Source: a virus (lineage: Duplodnaviria > Caudoviricetes). From it: a DNA stretch of 61,529 bases. Shown piece by piece: positions 58,878 through 61,529 of the stretch. A program made the position numbers and the translations under genes. The notes beneath the pieces are model-generated. The model searched no databases, was not told the DNA's origin, and saw nothing but the letters and a program-made list of their open reading frames with translations. Where the stretch lies: positions 1 through 61,529 of the IMG/VR virus record IMGVR_UViG_3300025632_000015. One strand, given 5' to 3'. Within the stretch, counting starts at the first letter, position 1; the number at the start of each line of letters is the position of its first letter.

Positions 58878-59036
58878 TTTAATTACCGACCCTATGTGCT
58901 ATGTGTTTGATAAACTCTGCTTCTGTATAACCTAGTCTAATACCCATTCCCCATGCTTGGGAGTAATTGAGTTTTATTCCTATATCACAAAATTCATGCA
59001 ATATTGTTTGTCTGCTGTTCTCTAGTGTTGATGTGT

Positions 59037-59282
59037 TCAAAAATAGCCACCTCTAAATTGTTCATACCACCAATAAGCCATTATCAAAATCATAACGGCT
59101 CCTATTGTAAAAGTGGAGTGAGTACTAAGATAATCTCCTAGTATAGCATAAGGATAATACCAACTTTCTCCTTCGCTAACAGAGCCCAATGTAGCAAAAA
59201 TACACACAATAAGGGTTATAGTACCAATTCTTACGAGTGCATCTATGTCAATATCCCCAGTAAATGGATCTCTGAACATCAT
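59037..59282 (-). CDS. Small 2-TM membrane protein
   Basis: Two hydrophobic segments. Confidence 0.6.
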   Translation of the reverse strand: MMFRDPFTGDIDIDALVRIGTITLIVCIFATLGSVSEGESWYYPYAILGDYLSTHSTFTIGAVMILIMAYWWYEQFRGGYF

Positions 59283-59821
59283 CTCGCACGGTCCTGTGGT
59301 TGAACTAGGTTATTCCTATAGTTATAATAATCTCGGTTGTGGTTAGGATTGGGAGTGCTAGTAAGATGATTCATGTTGGTGTTTGGCCCATAGCGATGGT
59401 TAAAGTTGGTAGAGTTATGTGGGTATTTTCTAGGTAGCCTAGATCTTTTTAGCTTGGGTTTAGCTATGTTGTAGTCCATTCTATATCCCAACAGTTCGTC
59501 ATAATCTATTATTAAGGAACTCACTATAGTGGATTTCCATGTAGGAACCACGTATCTTAACATCTTTTGTTGCGGGAATAATATGGGATATCCAGTTACC
59601 TGCGAGTATTTCTTATATTTACAGAAAGAGCGTCTAATAGTATTACACTCGATACAGCGACTTTTCTGAATCAACTTGTTTTCACTGATTATTTTGAAGC
59701 GGTAATCATACTCCATAGAGTATTGCGTCTTGCATTTGCACTTCAAACAATGCTGTTTTTCATGTGTCATAACCGCTATAAAACAACTAGGAACCTTGTA
59801 AACGTTGATTATGCCAGTCAT
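59279..59821 (-). CDS. Hypothetical basic protein with Cys pairs
   Basis: CLKC ... CIEC, in an overlapping gene run. Confidence 0.5.
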   Translation of the reverse strand: MTGIINVYKVPSCFIAVMTHEKQHCLKCKCKTQYSMEYDYRFKIISENKLIQKSRCIECNTIRRSFCKYKKYSQVTGYPILFPQQKMLRYVVPTWKSTIVSSLIIDYDELLGYRMDYNIAKPKLKRSRLPRKYPHNSTNFNHRYGPNTNMNHLTSTPNPNHNRDYYNYRNNLVQPQDRAR

Positions 59822-60099
59822 TTGCCTTCCTTTCTCCTTTCGTAATATAACTCGACAATACCCTCTCCTGCTAAAGCAGCACCACAGAGTGCCCAGAATA
59901 AGTCTCCACTGAAATTAGTGTAGCCAAACTCATTGCTCATAGCCAAAACGAATAACACTAACCCAGTTAGAACAATCCATTCGTATCTAAATATGAGTCG
60001 GTTCGGCAATTCGTACATTTCATACTGCATCTTATTAAGAACATCGTTTAGTTTATGCTTCTCTAGCCATTCGTTAGGTTTTTTCTTCATAAAAATCAC
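59818..60099 (-). CDS. Small 2-TM membrane protein
   Basis: Two hydrophobic segments; GAGGT upstream. Confidence 0.6.
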   Translation of the reverse strand: MIFMKKKPNEWLEKHKLNDVLNKMQYEMYELPNRLIFRYEWIVLTGLVLFVLAMSNEFGYTNFSGDLFWALCGAALAGEGIVELYYERRKEGK

Positions 60100-60269
60100 T
60101 TTTTATACCTCTCAGTGACTAAGTCTCGACTTACTTCAAAGTCTGATTTTAGCTGTAATAACTTGTTTTTATAGGAACTGAAGTAAAAAAATATACCCAT
60201 GCTGATTATAAATAACCCCAAGATGATAGCCAGGAGGGTCAGCAGTATAGTTTCATAAATAGCCATATT

Positions 60270-60452
60270 TTACTCCGTAGTTTGATTTGCGACAACACCT
60301 AACAGGACATTCAGAATTGCTCGATCTTCGTCTGTTTCTGCATTTTGGTACTGCCTGATTCTAAGTTTAAGATACTCTACTGTTGACTTGTGATGCAAAC
60401 ACCACCATAAAGCATCTTCTTTTTCATATTCTTCTAACTTAGTTTTGGTCAT
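60270..60452 (-). CDS. Small hypothetical protein
   Basis: GGAGG SD; minus-strand gene run. Confidence 0.5.
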   Translation of the reverse strand: MTKTKLEEYEKEDALWWCLHHKSTVEYLKLRIRQYQNAETDEDRAILNVLLGVVANQTTE

Positions 60453-60582
60453 GTTGTGTCGTCCTCCTTGTTATCTATAAGTTGCATTTCTTCATTTGAA
60501 TATTTTTTACTTACAACCCATACTATAATCCCATAAACTACTAGAGTGAGATAAAAACACAAATCGCCGATTAACATACTTG

Positions 60583-60729
60583 TCATAATCTTCTTGCCTC
60601 CTTTGCTCTACGGACACATGTTGCACAATTCGGATTGTTTTGCGATGTCAACCTGAATTTTTTAGCACATGTAGGACAAGTGTGATTACGGCTTTTCCAG
60701 TTAGGCTTTTTAGTTGGTGCAGCAACCAT
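60583..60729 (-). CDS. Small zinc-finger protein (48 aa, not in ORF track)
   Basis: CPTC...NCATC. Confidence 0.5.
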   Translation of the reverse strand: MVAAPTKKPNWKSRNHTCPTCAKKFRLTSQNNPNCATCVRRAKEARRL

Positions 60730-60932
60730 TATTCTTCCTCCATTTTGAATCCACCAGGGTACATTGCATCGAATTCACAGGCGACTACAGCTAGTGCATA
60801 TAGTACTTTATCGTAAGAGTCTTGGTATTTCAGGCTATTTGGCTTAACATTTAGTACGTGTCTTGCTGCTGCAACCAACGTCATAAACGAATGCCCAACC
60901 TTTGCTTTCCAGAATTCTTCATTCTTTGTCAT
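60729..60932 (-). CDS. Small hypothetical protein
   Basis: AGGAGGT SD. Confidence 0.55.
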   Translation of the reverse strand: MTKNEEFWKAKVGHSFMTLVAAARHVLNVKPNSLKYQDSYDKVLYALAVVACEFDAMYPGGFKMEEE

Positions 60933-61226
60933 CTTTATACCTCCTTTTTGCTAAAAAAGACTTTCCAGGTAGATATTCCATATCCATTGCGGTGTAGATT
61001 ACCAGAACTACAAAATAAAACAAGCATATGCCTGCACAAATGTTACCAATCATGTCTAAATTTGACATATTACATCACCCGCTCCTAAACTCATATTAGC
61101 CCCTCCAACTAATCAATTCTACTATGTTAGTGACTATTTCTTTACACATTAAAATATAAGAGACAGCCCAATAGCTAAATATTGGTACACAAAGAAAAAT
61201 AATAAAAAGACTGAACAGTTCAGCAC

Positions 61227-61481
61227 TCATTGATCTTCCTCCTCAAAAAACTCATTGTAGACGTACGGCCACGTTCTACCGTATACTATATCAGACACGG
61301 TTCCTCTCTTAATACCTACATCTACATATAACTTTACTATATCTCCTATAGATAGAGGCTCATATATAGGTTCTATACCTTCATAGTATAGAGATAGGAT
61401 ATCCCACACCTCGTCTTCTGTTAGTTTGCTTCTAGGATTGTTCTCTCCAGCGATTCTTTTGGATTCATGTAAATCATCCAT
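61227..61481 (-). CDS. Stand-alone DNA-binding domain of the type found C-terminal to HNH endonucleases
   Basis: GENNPRSKLTEDEV...I...TVSDIVYGRTW. No HNH catalytic motif is present. Confidence 0.6.
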   Translation of the reverse strand: MDDLHESKRIAGENNPRSKLTEDEVWDILSLYYEGIEPIYEPLSIGDIVKLYVDVGIKRGTVSDIVYGRTWPYVYNEFFEEEDQ

Positions 61482-61529
61482 ATTGTCGATATGATCGCCT
61501 AGTTTGTGATGTGATGGATTACAACAGAG

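Noticed and set aside
61227-61481. HNH homing endonuclease
   Set aside because: Only the C-terminal DNA-binding part is present; there are no HNH catalytic residues in the ORF.

Overview
The window looks like the morphogenesis part of a large archaeal virus genome. A marine Poseidoniales/MGII-type host is inferred from archaeal TATA boxes, GAGGTGA-type Shine-Dalgarno sites, ribbon-helix-helix regulators and a group II chaperonin. I see no terminase, portal or HK97 capsid gene. Instead there is an FtsK/HerA (A32/P9-like) packaging ATPase, candidate jelly-roll capsid proteins, many small membrane proteins, a protamine-like protein fused to a membrane domain, and fibre/LamG adhesins. Together these suggest a tailless icosahedral virus with an internal membrane. 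The strongest unexplained signals are four. (1) A recurring basic-x-Asn-Pro (e.g. RVKNNP) motif marks domain boundaries in modular 'polyproteins' that carry HAD phosphatase, JAB/MPN, guanylate kinase and primase/ligase-like domains. (2) A second motif, (M/I/L)xG(L/M)G, resembles the adenovirus protease consensus and is concentrated in membrane-anchored proteins. (3) A Sar1/Arf-like small GTPase sits in a membrane-protein module. (4) TpA-rich islands are written into coding sequence every few kb. All family calls come from motif recognition by eye; no searches were run.
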